Below, piece after piece: positions 1-13,486 of a DNA stretch of 64,000 bases. The stretch spans positions 71,300,001-71,364,000 of the forward strand of contig NC_058373.1 of the NCBI RefSeq assembly GCF_018350175.1. Direction: 5' to 3'. Source of the DNA: Felis catus. Lineage: Eukaryota. Position 1 is the stretch's first letter. Every line of letters starts with the position of its first letter. The notes under the pieces were generated by a model that did not search any database, was not told the origin of the DNA, and saw nothing but the letters and a program-made list of their open reading frames with translations. Made by a program: the position numbers and the translations under genes.

Positions 1-565
1 CATTTTAAAGAGGAAGAAATTAAAGCTTCAAAAAGTTAAATCTTGGCCAAGGTTGTATGGCTTGTAATTGGCAGAGATAGTATAGCCTTTGCCTCAGTCT
101 GAATCCCAAGTCCAAACAGAAGGAATATGTGTTTATCTACCAATTCTGCCCTGTATGTTAAATGTGCTTGTATAGACGTGTACAAGTGGATGTACCTTTA
201 CACATATACATACAGGAAAGTGGACCCCAGTATAGCAGATGTGTCTCATGCCTGATGTAAAATCTCAAAAGCACTTAATTGACTGTTCCTACAATATAAT
301 ATCACTACCTCTCCTGCTGAGCAGAGGCTTTCTCAGGACTGAGCCTGTTTTGGCTCTGTTGTCTAGAATATCTGAACCAGATATGCAATAAAACTAATGA
401 TGCTGAATAACACAGCCCAAGGGTAAAGGTCACCTCAGGAAGAGGCTCTGAGGGCAGAAGGTACACAGGCACAGAGCAGCACAGAGGGAAACTGGCATCA
501 AAATCTAGGGACTACAGCATCCAACAGACATGGGTGGATTCAACATGAGTGCCTGGAGCTATTAC

Positions 566-1219
566 CAAAGCTGTTTCAGGAGATCCCTCTGCGGCAGAGA
601 TGGATTTAAAGGCCCCGGGACAGGTCAGATGGCCTAGCCCCTCAGAGAGGCACTGGGCCCTCCAGGTTGGAGGCTCAGAGAGCAGGCAGTTGCTGATGTT
701 CAGGCTACGATCAGCTTTCACCAAATCAGCTCTCTGGAGACAGTGGAGCAAGGGGCTGGCATACACAGTACTTTTTAGAATGGGGAGTGTGGCCAGGCAC
801 TGATTCTCCAAGGAGAGGACGTCTGGGTGGGCAGACACATGCCCACGTGGTTTCTCCATGGTCTTCAGGTCAGGAAGTGTGGCCAGGCACCGGTTTTCTA
901 AGGAGAGGATGTCTGGGTGGGCAGACACATGCCCACATGGTTTCTCCATGGTCTTCAGGTCAGGAAGTGTGGCCAGGCACCGGTTTTCTAAGGAGAGGAT
1001 GTCTGGGTGGGCAGACACATGCCCATGTGGTTTCTCCATGGTCTTCAGGTCAGGAAGTGTGGCCAGGCACCGGTTTTCTAAGGAGAGGATGTCTGGGTGG
1101 GCAGACACATGCCCATGTGGTTTCTCCATGGGCTGCAGGTCAGGGAGTGTGGCCAGGCACCGGTTCTCCAAGGACAGAATGTCCAGGTGGGTAGACACAT
1201 GTCGATGGAGTTTCTCCAT
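566..1219 (-). CDS. TEP1: Telomerase protein component 1, first coding exon (gene continues left of the window)
   Basis: ATG at 1219 gives MEKLHRHVSTHLDILSLENRCLATLPDL..., the TEP1_N repeat. Acceptor AG at 1244-1245 (exon starts 1243); donor TTG|GTAAT after 566; 654 nt, phase 0. Confidence 0.96.
770..1219 (-). repeat. Five tandem 90-bp coding repeats (TEP1_N, 30 aa each)
   Basis: The unit MEKxxGHVSAHPDILSLENRCLATLPDLKT occurs five times; the inner three copies are near-identical at DNA level. Confidence 0.95.
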
Positions 1220-1639
1220 AGCTGGAGCCCAACCAGTATATGCCTAGAAGGAAAGAAAGACAGGTGATGAGCTCCTAGCTGCACTGGAGTGCATCTGCAC
1301 CGGGAGTATGTCTTTTCAATAGTCCTCCTGGTAATGCCAGTGATGTGCAGGCAGAGAACAACCAAGGACTGGGTTCATTCTAAGGATGCATTCAGAGAAT
1401 ATTATACAGAGAGAACACAAGGAGTACTCTGAGTGAGAAGAGTAGGGAAAAGGTAAGGCAGTAGCTTAAGAGCAGGGAAGTTTAAAAAAAAAAAATGTCT
1501 GGAGATGAAAAGGATGTGTCTTCTCATGAAAGAGCCCCTTACAGCTTGAGTGTGATCCCAGCTAAATATAGGGATCACACTCATAATCTGGACTCGAGAT
1601 TCTTAGCTCTAGAGGAACAAACGTTTTGATCAAGATGTC

Positions 1640-3210
1640 TATATTCACCAACCTCAACTTCCTTGCCTCCTACTCACTGTTCAACCAACTAAATGGGATT
1701 CTGTGGCCCCATTCCTCCAAAGCTATGCTATTGGTTAACCAATGGAATCCTTGTTACTACAAGAACAGACACATCTTGGCCCTTATCTTACTTCATCTCT
1801 CAAGCAGAATATGACCCCGTTGCTTACTCTGTCATTAAAACTCTCCTTTCCTCTGGCTGCCTTGGTGCTACTGTCCTGGTTGTCTTCTTACATCTCTGAT
1901 CTCCTCCTTATGAAGATCCTTTCTCTGCCATCCCCTGAATGGTGAAGCTCCTTAGAATTCTATTCTAATCCTTCTATATATTTTCCGAGGGTAGTCTCAC
2001 CTACTCTGGCTCCATATAACATTTTCATGCTGGCAACTCATAAATTCATTCCTTGATCTAGATCTCATCTGAGTTTCATATCCATTTATCCATTTGCCTG
2101 CTGGACATCTCCATTTGGATGACTCAAAGGTACCCAAAACTCCAGACCCCAAATGTATCACCTTTCTCCCACTCATCCCCATATCCAATCCCTCTCCTTT
2201 CCCCCTCTCTGCTTACAGGGGTATGGAGTGAAATAGACTTGAGTTTGAATCCTGATGGAACCCTGAATCTACTTGGGCTAGTTACTTAAACTCTCCGTGC
2301 CTCAGTCTCCTCATCTACAAAAACTGAGCTAAATGCCTACCTCACAGAGTTATTACGGCAATAAATAAAAAATATTAAGCATTTAGAGCAGTGTCTGGTA
2401 ATTAGTAAGTGTTCAATAAATGGAAGCTTTTATTATTTGTTATTATCATCATCCAGTAAGCTACTAAATCCTATTGATTCTACTCCCTCAGTGTCTGTCA
2501 AATCTATCTAATTCTCGCCATTCTACCCACCACCACCTTTGCTGAAATCCTCCTAGCTACATGGCACACAATATGTAGATCTGTCTAAAGGAGCTCCTCA
2601 GTACATACCCCAGCCACTATTTACTACATCACCTTGTTTATTTTACCATGAATAAAAAGTGATTTTGTTTGCTTACATGTCTACTTGTACACTGTTTCTC
2701 CTTACTAAAATAAAACTCCCTGAGGGTCAAGGAGCTCCTCTTTCTTGTTCACATCTGCATAGCCAGCATCGTACACATAACCTGGCTTCTGATGCTCTCC
2801 CAGCCTCATCTCTTACTGCTACTCACATCTAAGCTGCAACCATACAAACTCTTTTAAGCTTATGAATTGCCCAGGTATCTCTTGACCTTGGATCTTTACA
2901 CAGGCAGACGCCTAAAACACTCTTCCTTGTGCCAAGACCACTCCCTTCCCCAGCCCCTCCTTTACCAGTCCAAATTCTACTTTCCTGTCACTCTGCAGGC
3001 CTCAATCTAATAGTTCATCTAAGGAACCTTTGCTGACAGCCAGCGCCGTCTGATGTCGATAGCTCTATGTTCTCACAACAGCAAACTTTCTCTATCATAG
3101 ATACATCCTTATATTGTAATTGCCTGTTTGTCTTCCCCCCTACTAGACTATAAGTTCCTGAGGACAGAGACCCCTTTAGCCTTGTTCACCATTGTTTCTA
3201 CAATGCCTAG
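1640..3210. mobile_element. Degenerate L2 and MIR fragments in TEP1 intron 1
   Basis: L2-like text (ccatttgcctgctggacatctccatttggatg) and a MIR core (gttacttaaactctccgtgcctcagtctcctcatctacaaaa). Confidence 0.6.
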
Positions 3211-4079
3211 TCAGTGGGATTCAGAGGCTTTTGAGAATCTAGTGAAAGCTATGTAGATTTTTCACAGAAAAACATGAGTATATTCTATTTTGCACTTAAC
3301 TGTCAGGAAGCCCATTCATGGATCTCCTAGAATCCCCATTAACAGCAATTTTAAAACCTCTGCCTGAGAAAATGCTTGAATTTATACCATTACGTGTGTA
3401 TTTACTTACTTATTTGGACAAGTGCTTATCTCCTATTTACATTTAAGTACTTTAGGAATAAGTATGCTGTTAAGTCTATCACTTAGATCTTAATATACAA
3501 GAGCTTAGGGACAGGAATGCAGAATACTTCCAAGAATTGAAGGGACTGTTAAACCAGAACTAGAAAAGACAGTGATATCTCACCAGATACCAGTGTGAGC
3601 AAATCACATCAAGAATGTTGGCCTCTGTGCCCTGTACACTTCCGTCATGTCTTTGCATTATATAAGCCCCTAGGGAAAGGAGTGGGGGAATCTCGGAACT
3701 GACTCAAGATTGAAAACAAACAAAAAACTTACAATAAAAAGTAAGTTAAAAGAAAAATAGAGTTAAATATTTTTTGCACCCTGGAGTTTGTGACGGGAAT
3801 TCAGCTGGACTACCAATGAAAAGTAAAATCCCATCTCTAGCTCCGTTCTCCAGAGATCACCACGGCTAACAGTTTGCACGGTTTCAGACACTTTTCTATG
3901 CATATACAAATACATGTTTCTCCATCCCCCCCCCCCGCCCCTTTTCTTCTTCCTGTCCACAAACAGGAGCATTTTCCACACTTAGTGTGTCTTGGAGACC
4001 TTGCCATGTTAATACCCACTTTTAAGTTGGCTGCCAGTCTCTCCTGTTCCAGCACACCTCCTTATTAGAGGCAGTGCTC

Positions 4080-4700
4080 GCACCACCTACGGTTCACTAG
4101 CGGCAGCTACTCTCCCTGAGGAGCACTCGGGGCGGAGGAGTGAAGACTCATCTCACCTGGTCTCTTCCCCGGGCCTTCCATCCACTGCCCCTCCCTCCTC
4201 CTCACGGTCCCAGCCGGCTCTCCCACTTCCCTTTCACACCCACAACCCCTCCCCGAGTTCCGGGAGGGCGCGGCGGGCAGACTCCCCCCCCCGTCGGCGC
4301 AGGCCCTCCGCGCTCCCGGGCGCTTCCTAAGTGGCGGCGCTGGGCCCTTCCCGCTGGCTTCCGGCGGCCGAGCCCAGCCCCGGGTCCCAGGGCCCGGGCC
4401 GGCTTCTACGGCTTCTACCTGCGCCTGGACCGCCCCCGGAGCCAGTGGGGCCGGAGACCCTGGCTGTCGGACGCGGGCCTCTCGGTTCTCGGCGGCCGGA
4501 AGCGGGAGCTGGGCTCTTGGCTCCACTGCTGGGAGGAGTGGAAGCCGGAGGAGGAGCTGGCGGGGAGCGGGGAGGGAAAGCGTCCGGGCGGGGTGTGGCC
4601 GCCCTGGCGCAGGCCTGCGAGCCCAGCGCCGCTGGGAAGTGAGGTACCCGTAGGGGATCTGAACACGTGAAGGACCCTGCAGCCTCCTCTGGGACCCGAG
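4080..4700 (-). promoter_or_regulatory. CpG island / TEP1 promoter with probable non-coding exon 1
   Basis: GC- and CpG-rich tract about 3 kb upstream of the first coding exon; minus-strand donor CAG|GTGAG at 4157/4156. Confidence 0.75.
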
Positions 4701-5568
4701 TTTACCAACCCCACCCCACCCCCATTTCCTGGTTCATTTTCTCCTGACCAAATCCCAGTTTCGCTATATTTCCTCTCCTTTCTCCTGTTACATCTTCAAA
4801 CTCCGTTTCCTGGGAATGATTTTGGCATGTTCTCTGCCTATCTGGACTCCTTTTCTCTTGGTATCAAAGAGAGTTGGACTCAATTCATCGTAAAGTTACT
4901 TGGTGAAAATGGAAATAAAAGGTGAGGGAAAGTCTAAAGGCAATGAATGACCTGTAACCAAATGTAGATATGGAATAATTAAGGCAGAGTGAACTGAGAG
5001 CGTGCCAATGTCCATCTGAGAGAGATCCGTGGATTACAAAGAATCTATTTGGAACCATCCTGAAAGGCTAAGCAGAACTCTTCCCAGAAGGTGGGGCCAG
5101 GGGGAGGAAAGAGACAGTGACCTCTAGGATGCTAATTATAGAGCCATTTCATAAAGAGCAGAGCCAAACAGATAATAACAGAAGAAATATGTTTACATTG
5201 GGTAAGACAGATTATCTGTCTTCTGGAAGATATCCCCTTCTTTAGGGAGGTACCCTTCATTCTCAGATAAACACCTGAGCTTCAGCTCAGATTTGGGTGC
5301 CCCCAAATCCTATCTTCTCAGTTTATTGAGCCAGATTCGTTTCTTTCCTTAGATGCTTCCCTTACTACCTACCCTAGCAGTCCCAACACTTCCTTCTTAT
5401 AACAAATGTTTTTATGCCCCCTTTATAACTCTGAACTACAATTTATAAATACTGTATTATACCTACATAAACAATTTAAAAATTTATAAAATGTCTACAG
5501 AGATATAAAAGGGTAAAAGGAAGATGATTTTTTTATATAACACTATGTGTTTATGTATGTAAATGTTT

Positions 5569-5792
5569 GGGAGGGCCCTGCTTGGCTCAGTCTGTTAAGC
5601 ATCTGACCCTTGATTTTGGCTCAGGTCATGATCTCGTGGTTCATGAGACAGAGCCCTGTGTCAGGCTCTGCACTGTCAGCAAGGAGCCTACTTGGGATTC
5701 TCTCTCTTTCTCTGTCCCACCCCTGCTCATGTGCACACATTCTCTCTCTTTCTCTCTCTTTTTCTCTCTCAATAAGTAAATAAACTTAAAAA
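5569..5792 (+). mobile_element. CAN-SINE
   Basis: tRNA-derived head (ggctcagtctgttaagcatctgac), (CT)n tract, A-rich tail. Confidence 0.85.
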
Positions 5793-6842
5793 ATATGTTT
5801 GGACACAATATTCAAGAAGACACAATATAGTCCTCCGATGCATGCAGCTCTATATAGAATCACCTGGAATGTAACAGCCACAACTCTAGCATGATATGGG
5901 GATGTTATGATGGTGATTCAAATACCATGAATAGAGGTGCTGATGTGGCATGATTTTCCAGAATGACAAATAATCTCTGGCAAATTTTTGAACAAAACAA
6001 GGCGTGATCATCCCATGATATTTATAGCAGTGGCACTCCTGGAAAGTTCAGAATATATTAAACCAAATATGAAATGCCTGTCTTTATATTTAAAATAAAT
6101 TCAGGTCCTAATTTCAATGGCTTTTCAACTACACAAATGACTGGCAAGTCATTCAAAGTTGTCAGTGACGCAGGCATGTTCCTCATTATGTGGGAGGGCC
6201 CTGCACAGTTGCTGAATGTCTACCAATCTTGGCTAGATGTTAATCCTACTCATTAAATGTCTATGGATAACTCTAATGACTATGAGAGCAAAAAAAGCTT
6301 CCATGAATTCCTGAACCCACTCCCTAGGCACGTTACTGCCCATTGGAGGTCTGCCTATAGGGGAAGGGGAGGAGTTTGGTGAAAGAACACAGATCTAGGG
6401 AACCCCCGAGAAAGAGGCTCTGCAAGGAGACAGGAGTGGTGGCGTATCTAGAAGATGGAAGGAAGAAGAGTCTACCCAAGACTTCCTTCTGAAGGCCTAA
6501 ATCTACACGACCTCTTCCCCTTGGAATAAGGGAGGTACTGTAGGTAATTGTCCCAACCTCAAGGTGTCCTCCTCTGCAGCTCTCTGTAGGAAATGTTTGC
6601 CTGCCCTACCGGTGAAAGAACAGCACATGCAAGCCCTTCCAGCTTAGTCCAATGAGCACTGAAGCCTCAGATCTGAGGACACTAGGGATGCAGGAAGAAT
6701 AGCAACTGGGGACTACCACTTCCTAATTTACTACAAAGATCTAGAGTTTACTTTCTGATTAGTTGCAGCAGCAAAGGAATTCAAGGCCAGCAAAGTCTAA
6801 ACACTGGAACCACTGGAGATCTTTTAAAAATTCCCAATCCCA

Positions 6843-7066
6843 GGGGCGCCTGGGTGGCGCAGTTGGTTAAGCGTCCGACTTCAGCCAGGTCACGATCTCG
6901 CGGTCCATGAGTTCGAGCCCTGCGTCGGTCTCTGGGCTGATGGCTCAGAGCCTGGAGCCTGTTTCCGATTCTGTGTCTCCCTCTCTCTCTGCCCCTCCCC
7001 CGTTCATGCTCTGTCTCTCTCTGTCCCAAAAATAAATAAACGTTGAAAAAAAAAATTAAAAAAAAA
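6843..7066 (+). mobile_element. Young felid CAN-SINE inserted into a MER5-like element
   Basis: ggggcgcctgggtggcgcagttggttaag head; TSD attcccaatccca on both sides. Confidence 0.93.
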
Positions 7067-7660
7067 TATTCCCAATCCCAGGCCACACCCTAGACTAATT
7101 AAATCACAGTCTCCAGAGTAGGACCCGGGCATCAGTAGTTTTTGAAGCTCCCTCAATGATACTAATGTGCAGAAAAGTTTGGGAACCTCTGCCCCAGGGT
7201 CTTGCTAATTTAACAGTGGGCTGTGGACCACCAGCAGCAGCAGCACCTTGTTAGAAATGCAAACTCTTGGCCTACATCCCTGATCTGTGAATCACAAACT
7301 ATAATTTAACAAGATTCCCAGATTATTCCCACTCACATTGAACTTTGAGAAGCACTAATCTTAACAAGAGGAGTGCACCCTTAACAGCATTTCCAAATGC
7401 TGGGGACCAAGCCTAGCAACTGGTGTTTTAACAGGTTCTTTGGGCAATTTTGATATATGCTGAAGTTTAATAACCCCTGATTAAAACTAGGATTGTTGCT
7501 TACCATCCTCCATTACCCACCCCCCACCTTGAAAATTTCTGATTCAGTAGATCTGGGATAGGACCCCAGAATTTGTATTTCTAACAAGTATTGCTCAGGT
7601 AATATTGATTCTGATCTCTGATCCCAGGACCACATTTTGGAAACCACTGGTCTAGAGTGA
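7067..7660. mobile_element. Cluster of MER5-like (hAT-Charlie) fragments
   Basis: MER5-type motifs: ttagaaatgcaaactctt, gattcagtagatctggg, ggaccacattttggaaaccactg. Confidence 0.65.
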
Positions 7661-7728
7661 TTCCCCAAAGAGATAGTCACTACCTACCCCAGTGAAGCTT
7701 AATAAGGAATGCCCTTTGCCACATCTGA

Positions 7729-7765
<37 letters not shown>

Positions 7766-8320
7766 CATATATATTGGGCCCAATTTGATTCCATCTCAGT
7801 TAGAGAGCCACTGACTGATCCCTAAAGGATATTTCAGCTGGACGTCGAGGGAGCCAGATAAACTCTCTCTGTGTTGCAACAGAGAAAATCTCTCAACTGG
7901 CAAAAAGTTTACAAAGTCCAAGTTTAGCTTTTCTTTCAGATGGACAATGCTAAAGGCATCTTGCCAATATTTGTTCTTTTGAGTTCTGCTTTTCTAAATT
8001 AGCCACCCTCTTGAGGAGAAGCAACCTTTCTTCAGATTACTATCATTGATTAAAGCAGGGAGTGTTGCCAAACAAATAACTATACCAGAGCTGAGGAGGC
8101 ATTGTGTTCTCCACTGTGTTAACTCTCATAGACTGATCTTATTTGCCTCATTTCCTAGTTCTTAGAGGATACCACTCCATTTTCCCTTTATATCCAGCCT
8201 ACACCACTAATTGCTCATCAGTGGCACTGAGCTGCATGTCTAAGTGATGAGTGTGGTGTCCAGGCTGATTCCTTTCTGGGGTAAAGGAGCACTATCCTCT
8301 CAGCCCTCAGAAGTCCCTTT

Positions 8321-8520
8321 ATTTTTTTTAATGTTTATTTATTTTTGAGAGAGAGAGAGAGAGAGATGGGGGGTGGGGAGGGGCAGAGAGAGAGGAGGAC
8401 AGAGGATCTGAAGCAGGCTCTGTGCTGACAGCAGTGAGTGGGGCTCAGATTCACAAACCATGGGATCACAACCTGAGCAGAAGTCTGACACTCAACTGAC
8501 TGAGCCACCCAGGCACTCCT
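8321..8520 (-). mobile_element. CAN-SINE
   Basis: T tract, (GA)n, ends ctgagccacccaggcactcc. Confidence 0.85.
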
Positions 8521-8941
8521 AGAAGCCCCTCTATTTAGGGCCTTACCACCTATGAATATTGCTCATCTCTTCTCGTCAGTTTTATTGCACATTTCTTGTC
8601 CTCCCTCATTTTGATTCAACAAACACCTGTTCACTAATATAACATAATAAAGTGTCAACTACACTTCAATTAAAAATATTGTTTAACCTGTTAAGCATCT
8701 ATCAAGTGCAAATGAAAGCATGTAAATTGTATAAAACATGAGTTCTTCTCAAGGCTTCATGGTCTCATGAAGGAGATAGATACATGCAGAAGTCACAAAA
8801 ATACCAGGCAGATTATGAGAAATGCTATATTCCACTAAGAAACAAACTATAGGGTTATGTGGGGAAGGGACTTTGAGCAATTACCTGGAGGGATAGGACT
8901 TTGAACTGGGAAGGGCAGGCTTCCGATAAGAATGTAAAGGC

Positions 8942-9158
8942 CAGCCTGGGTAGCTCAGTCTGTCAAGTGCACAACTCTTGCTTTGGCTCAGGTCATGATC
9001 CACCTAGCCCCTGGTGGAGCCCCAGTCACACTCAGTGTGGAGCCTACTTGGGATTGTATCTCTCCCTCTCTTTCTCTGCCCCTCCCCCACATGCGTGCAT
9101 GTGCACTTTTTCTCTCTCTCTCTCTCTCAAAATAAATAAACAAACCTTTAAAAAAAAG
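8942..9158 (+). mobile_element. CAN-SINE
   Basis: Degenerate head, CT tract, A tail; TSD tgtaaaggcca. Confidence 0.8.
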
Positions 9159-9529
9159 ACTGTAAAGGCCACTGGTTTCAGTGGATTTTTCCTCATTTTA
9201 AATAATTGTCTTTAGATTTACAGCTTGTGTTTCTGTTCAGTCTAACCACTGCCAACTTTAAAATATCGCACAAGTTGTGATGTATGTGATATACTACTAC
9301 AGTAGTACTTGGCATCCCAAAGGAGCCCTTCTGGGCCATCTGAAAGCCACAGAAGCCAATCAGTAGTTTACAAGAACTTCAGGGCCTTCTTCCTTCTGAC
9401 TCCTCTGACTCAAAACAACCTTGCGACTGGTCTCCAGCCTGTTGACATTTGCCAACACCTCTCTTCATCCTCCTTCAATGAGCATTTCCCACTATGAGCC
9501 CTCCTTCCCTGCTTAGTCTCCTTTACCAG

Positions 9530-10080
9530 GTATGGCAGATTAAAGTAGACCACATATTTTTTGCTTCTCCTGCCACTGAGAAATGGAGTCTGATTTTTCT
9601 TTTCTTGATTCTGGGCTGACCTGGTGACTTGCTTGACCGAGATACATGGCAGAAGTGTCAGTCTGTGACTTCCGAGGCCACGTCAAAGGAACTTCACACC
9701 TTCTACCCAGGACTCTTGGAATACTACCTCTGGGGGCTGCCACATAAGTTCAACCACCCTTAGACTGCCACATGGAAGAGCCACATACAGGTGCTTCAGT
9801 TAACAATCTCGGCTGAACCTAGTTTTCCAGACCTCATCACCAAACATGTGAACCAAGCTGGCTTGGGCACTCCAGACTAGTCCACTTGCAGTGAATACAA
9901 CCAAGTAACTTCTATCAATGAAAATAGGACAGAAGAATCATCTAGCTAAACCCTGTCCAAATTTAAGTGAAACCAATGACACATAAAGTCATGAGAAATA
10001 TAGTACAATAGTTTTTGTTTTAAGTCACTAAAAGTTTTGGGTAGTTTGTTATGTATCATTACATCATTGGAACACTAGAC
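9530..10080 (+). mobile_element. MLT1-type (MaLR) solo LTR
   Basis: MLT1-like 3' end (gttttaagtcactaaaagttttgggtagtttgttatgta) and internal motifs. Confidence 0.7.
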
Positions 10081-10149
10081 CTGCAACATTTAAGGCTAGT
10101 TTACATCAGATTACATTGTAGTGAACTCACTGTCCTAAAATCTTGGTGT

Positions 10150-10360
10150 TTTTTTTTTAAGTTTATTCACTTTGAAAGAGACAGAGAGCACAGGCAGGGG
10201 ATGGGCAGAACGAGAGGGAGAGAGAGAGAATCTCAAGCAGGCTCCTCAAGATCAGTGTGCAGAGCCCAACGTGGGGCTCGAACTCACAAAACCATGAGAT
10301 CATGACCTGTGCCGAAATCAAGAGTCGGATGCTCAACTCACTGACCCGACCAGGAGTCCC
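10150..10360 (-). mobile_element. CAN-SINE
   Basis: Reverse-strand SINEC consensus (ggggctcgaactcacaaaaccatgagatcatgacctg). Confidence 0.85.
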
Positions 10361-11494
10361 TCCTTAAATCTTCTAAATCACTTAATTCCCCATACATTGG
10401 TTTGTGCAATAGTTCCTTGTAACAGAATTGCTTATCATGGAGGTAGGTTAGCTAAAGTAGATGCCAATCCATGTGGCAAGCAGATCTGCCTGGACAAGGA
10501 GCCTTATGTTTACAGAATAGGTTACACTCCCTCATCATTCATTCAACAAATATTTATTCATTGATATCAAATTAATCAACATTCAAACCAACCTCTGGGA
10601 TGTATGCAGTGAAGTCATGTTTTTCTAATAGCTGTACAGCCCACAGTTAGAGTCAACAAGTACAAGGAGACACTGGATCTATCAGATCCAGCACTCCTTC
10701 CTACCCTTGATCTAGTCTTTGTAGTGAGGGAAGTGGCCCTGTTTCTCAGCTTACAGAGAGGTATTGGGAAGAGGTCTTGACAGAAGACAATGAATAGATT
10801 TAATATATTGTTCCCATATATTCTTCTGCCTTTTGCATAAAAATTTAGTATCAATTTCCATACCCTCTTGGGATACTGGTTTTTAAAGAGTATCAGCACT
10901 AAGTGATCCCTGTTGTCTAAAACCTAACAAACAGGTAACTTTGGCACCTGCTCCTTGCATATTAGCAAAACACGTGTTTAAACAGACTATGCAAGTAGTC
11001 AGAGGCCATTTGGGATAGCCACATTCTAGGTATGTACCACAATAAAAAACTTACCAAAATTCACTTCAGAAGTTACCAGGGCCAGGTACTCTAGCACTTA
11101 GCATCATATCCCTTAGCACTACCTCTTGTAAGGACCTGGAAAGAGGAGTCCATGCTGTGGATTAGTGATCCTGGAGGCTGTAAACCGGGCTTGGACAATC
11201 TTACCTCTTGCTTGCTAGCCACATTTTAACAGTTGGAGAAAAACAGCTCTTAACACTTTCCTAACTCTCACTTGACAGTCCAAAGGGTTCAAATGACTTG
11301 CCCAGGTTGAAATAGCTGGTCAGAGAAGGAGCTAGGACTAGAACACCAGTCTCTTGATTCACAGTCCAGCCCTTGGCCACAGTAGCACCTGCTTCCTTTG
11401 ACATGTCTTTAGCATTATTGTTTACAGAAGACCACTGCTAAAATGAACCATTGCCCTGAAGGCCTTTTACATGAACACATTAAAAGAGTATATC

Positions 11495-11720
11495 AGGGGA
11501 CAACTGGGTAGCTCAGTCAGGTAAACATCCAACTCTTGATTTCAGCTCAGGTCATGATGTCATGATCGTACCATCAAGCCCCACGTGGGGCTCTGCACTG
11601 AGCAGAGCCTGCTTAGGATTTTCTCTCTCACTCTCTCTCTGCCCCTCCCCTGCTCACTCTCACACTCTACCTCTCTCTTCCAAAATAAATACATAAATAA
11701 GTGTTTTTTTTTTTTTTTAA
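11495..11720 (+). mobile_element. CAN-SINE
   Basis: Head ggggacaactgggtagctcagtcag, CT tract, tail. Confidence 0.8.
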
Positions 11721-11802
11721 AGACTATGTCAGCAGTCCATAAGTCTTGGAAAATGGGACCTGCCTGAGAAGTACAGACTCATATCAAGAAAGTAATCATA
11801 TT

Positions 11803-12044
11803 GGGGGTGCCTGGGCGCTCAGTCTGTTAAGCGTCTGACTTCGGCTCAGGTCATGATCTCAAGATTCATGAGTTCGAGCCCCAAGCCAGGCTCTGTGCTA
11901 CAGCTCACAGCCTGGATGGAGCCTGCTTCAGATTCTGTGTCTCCCTCTCTCTCTGACCCTCTCCTGCTCATGTTCTGCTTCTCTCGCGCGCGCTCTCTCT
12001 CAAAAATAAATAAACATTAAAATTTTTATTAAAAATATTTTTTA
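11803..12044 (+). mobile_element. CAN-SINE
   Basis: SINEC consensus; TSD aaagtaatcatatt. Confidence 0.88.
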
Positions 12045-12580
12045 AAAGTAATCATATTAAAAATATGATCAGGACACCTGATCTCATATAGGACTTGAAT
12101 GCTGTTACTGGGTGGGCAGGGCATTTCAAAGTAAACTTTGTATGTTAAAATAGTAGACTTGGGGGCATCTTTTAATGGCTTATAGGAACAATGACACAAA
12201 ACATGGGAATTAGGATGGTCCCAGGAGGACTGGAATACTTGGCCACCATGTTAGAGTAATCTAAGATGGGTGGAAATGGTATAAAATTGTATAAATTTGC
12301 ACTCTGGAGTCCAACAGATCTGTTTTTAAATTCTGCTTTGCTATTGATGGGCTGTGTGACCTCGGCCACAGAAAAAAAATAAGGTAAATAATCTCATAAA
12401 CCCTGAATGGCATAAGAGACTGGCCCGTGAGTCTGCATAAGAGCAGATGATGCTGATCAGGTAACGGGGCCAGTCAGAGTCCTCTATTTGAAAAGTTTCA
12501 CCCAGTATATTGTCCTCATAACAATCCCTGACTCAACACATCTTAATAAATTAAACAAACTATTAGAAGAGCCCTTTGCT

Positions 12581-12715
12581 GGGCTGATGGCTCAGAGCCT
12601 GGAGCCTGTTTCCGATTCTGTGTCTCCCTCTCTCTCTGCCCCTCGCCTGTTCATGCTCTGTCTCTCTCTGTCCCAAAAATAAATAAACGTTGAAAAAAAA
12701 TTAAAAAAAAAAAAG
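12581..12715 (+). mobile_element. 5'-truncated young CAN-SINE
   Basis: Only the 3' half is present; perfect TSD agaagagccctttgct. Confidence 0.88.
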
Positions 12716-12929
12716 AAGAAGAGCCCTTTGCTCTAGCTGAGCTTTGAAATTCATAGCTAGTATGTGTTATAGTAGTTGGATGTCAGATTCCTCAAGATTA
12801 CGTCTCTAAGCTTCCAATACCATGTATACCCTTTAATTTCTCCCATTTATAGAGTCCAATGATGAGTTTCATGAATAAATCCTGCCCCTCCGTGGAGATG
12901 GATCTACATCAGAGAGATGGCACAATAAA

Positions 12930-13170
12930 GAAAGCAGGCTCGAAATCCTTCTACTTGAGTTTAAATACACGCTCTACACTTACAAACTGTGTAACCTTGG
13001 GTAAAAAAATTTTTACCCACTGCTCTAAGCTTTAGTTGCCTTATCTGTAAAATGGGGGATAACAGCATCCACTTTTAATGGGTTTCATTGACATTTAAAT
13101 GAGATCATGTATATAAAGCATTTAGCACACCACCTGGTACAGAGCGAGCATTTAAACAATGTTAGCTATA
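12930..13170 (+). mobile_element. MIR
   Basis: tgtgtaaccttgggta...ttatctgtaaaatggggataac...aagcatttagcaca. Confidence 0.7.
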
Positions 13171-13486
13171 ACCTCCAACAAGTGGTTTTTACTTTGTTAT
13201 GAGAGAGTTGGCTTTCATCAATGACAGTTTGCTTGAAAAGTATGTACTGGGGATCAAACTGCCTATGTGATGATTAGTCAAGCTGGTATATAGTTAGAAG
13301 AACCTTAACCCCCAAAATGCTTTTGCCTTAGCTAGAGTCCCGATGAACCCACATCCTTATCTTGGGAGCAATGTTAGACCAGAGTAGCTGGGGATAAACT
13401 TTGTAACCCTTTGTGTGGCACTCATGGTCTCAGAGGCCTATCTTGTTTGACATCATCTAGCTCGCTGATCTAAAAGGATGTGGCCT

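Noticed and set aside
787-1247. Repetitive + strand ORFs and a possible CRISPR-like array
   Set aside because: These are antisense frames of the TEP1 coding repeat; there are no unique spacers and the DNA is mammalian.
4107-4714. Several 100-176 aa ORFs in the TEP1 CpG island
   Set aside because: Stop-poor GC-rich sequence with no recognisable domain.
6843-6920. tRNA gene
   Set aside because: This is the tRNA-derived head of a CAN-SINE; the same applies to the other SINE heads and SINE-derived ORFs.
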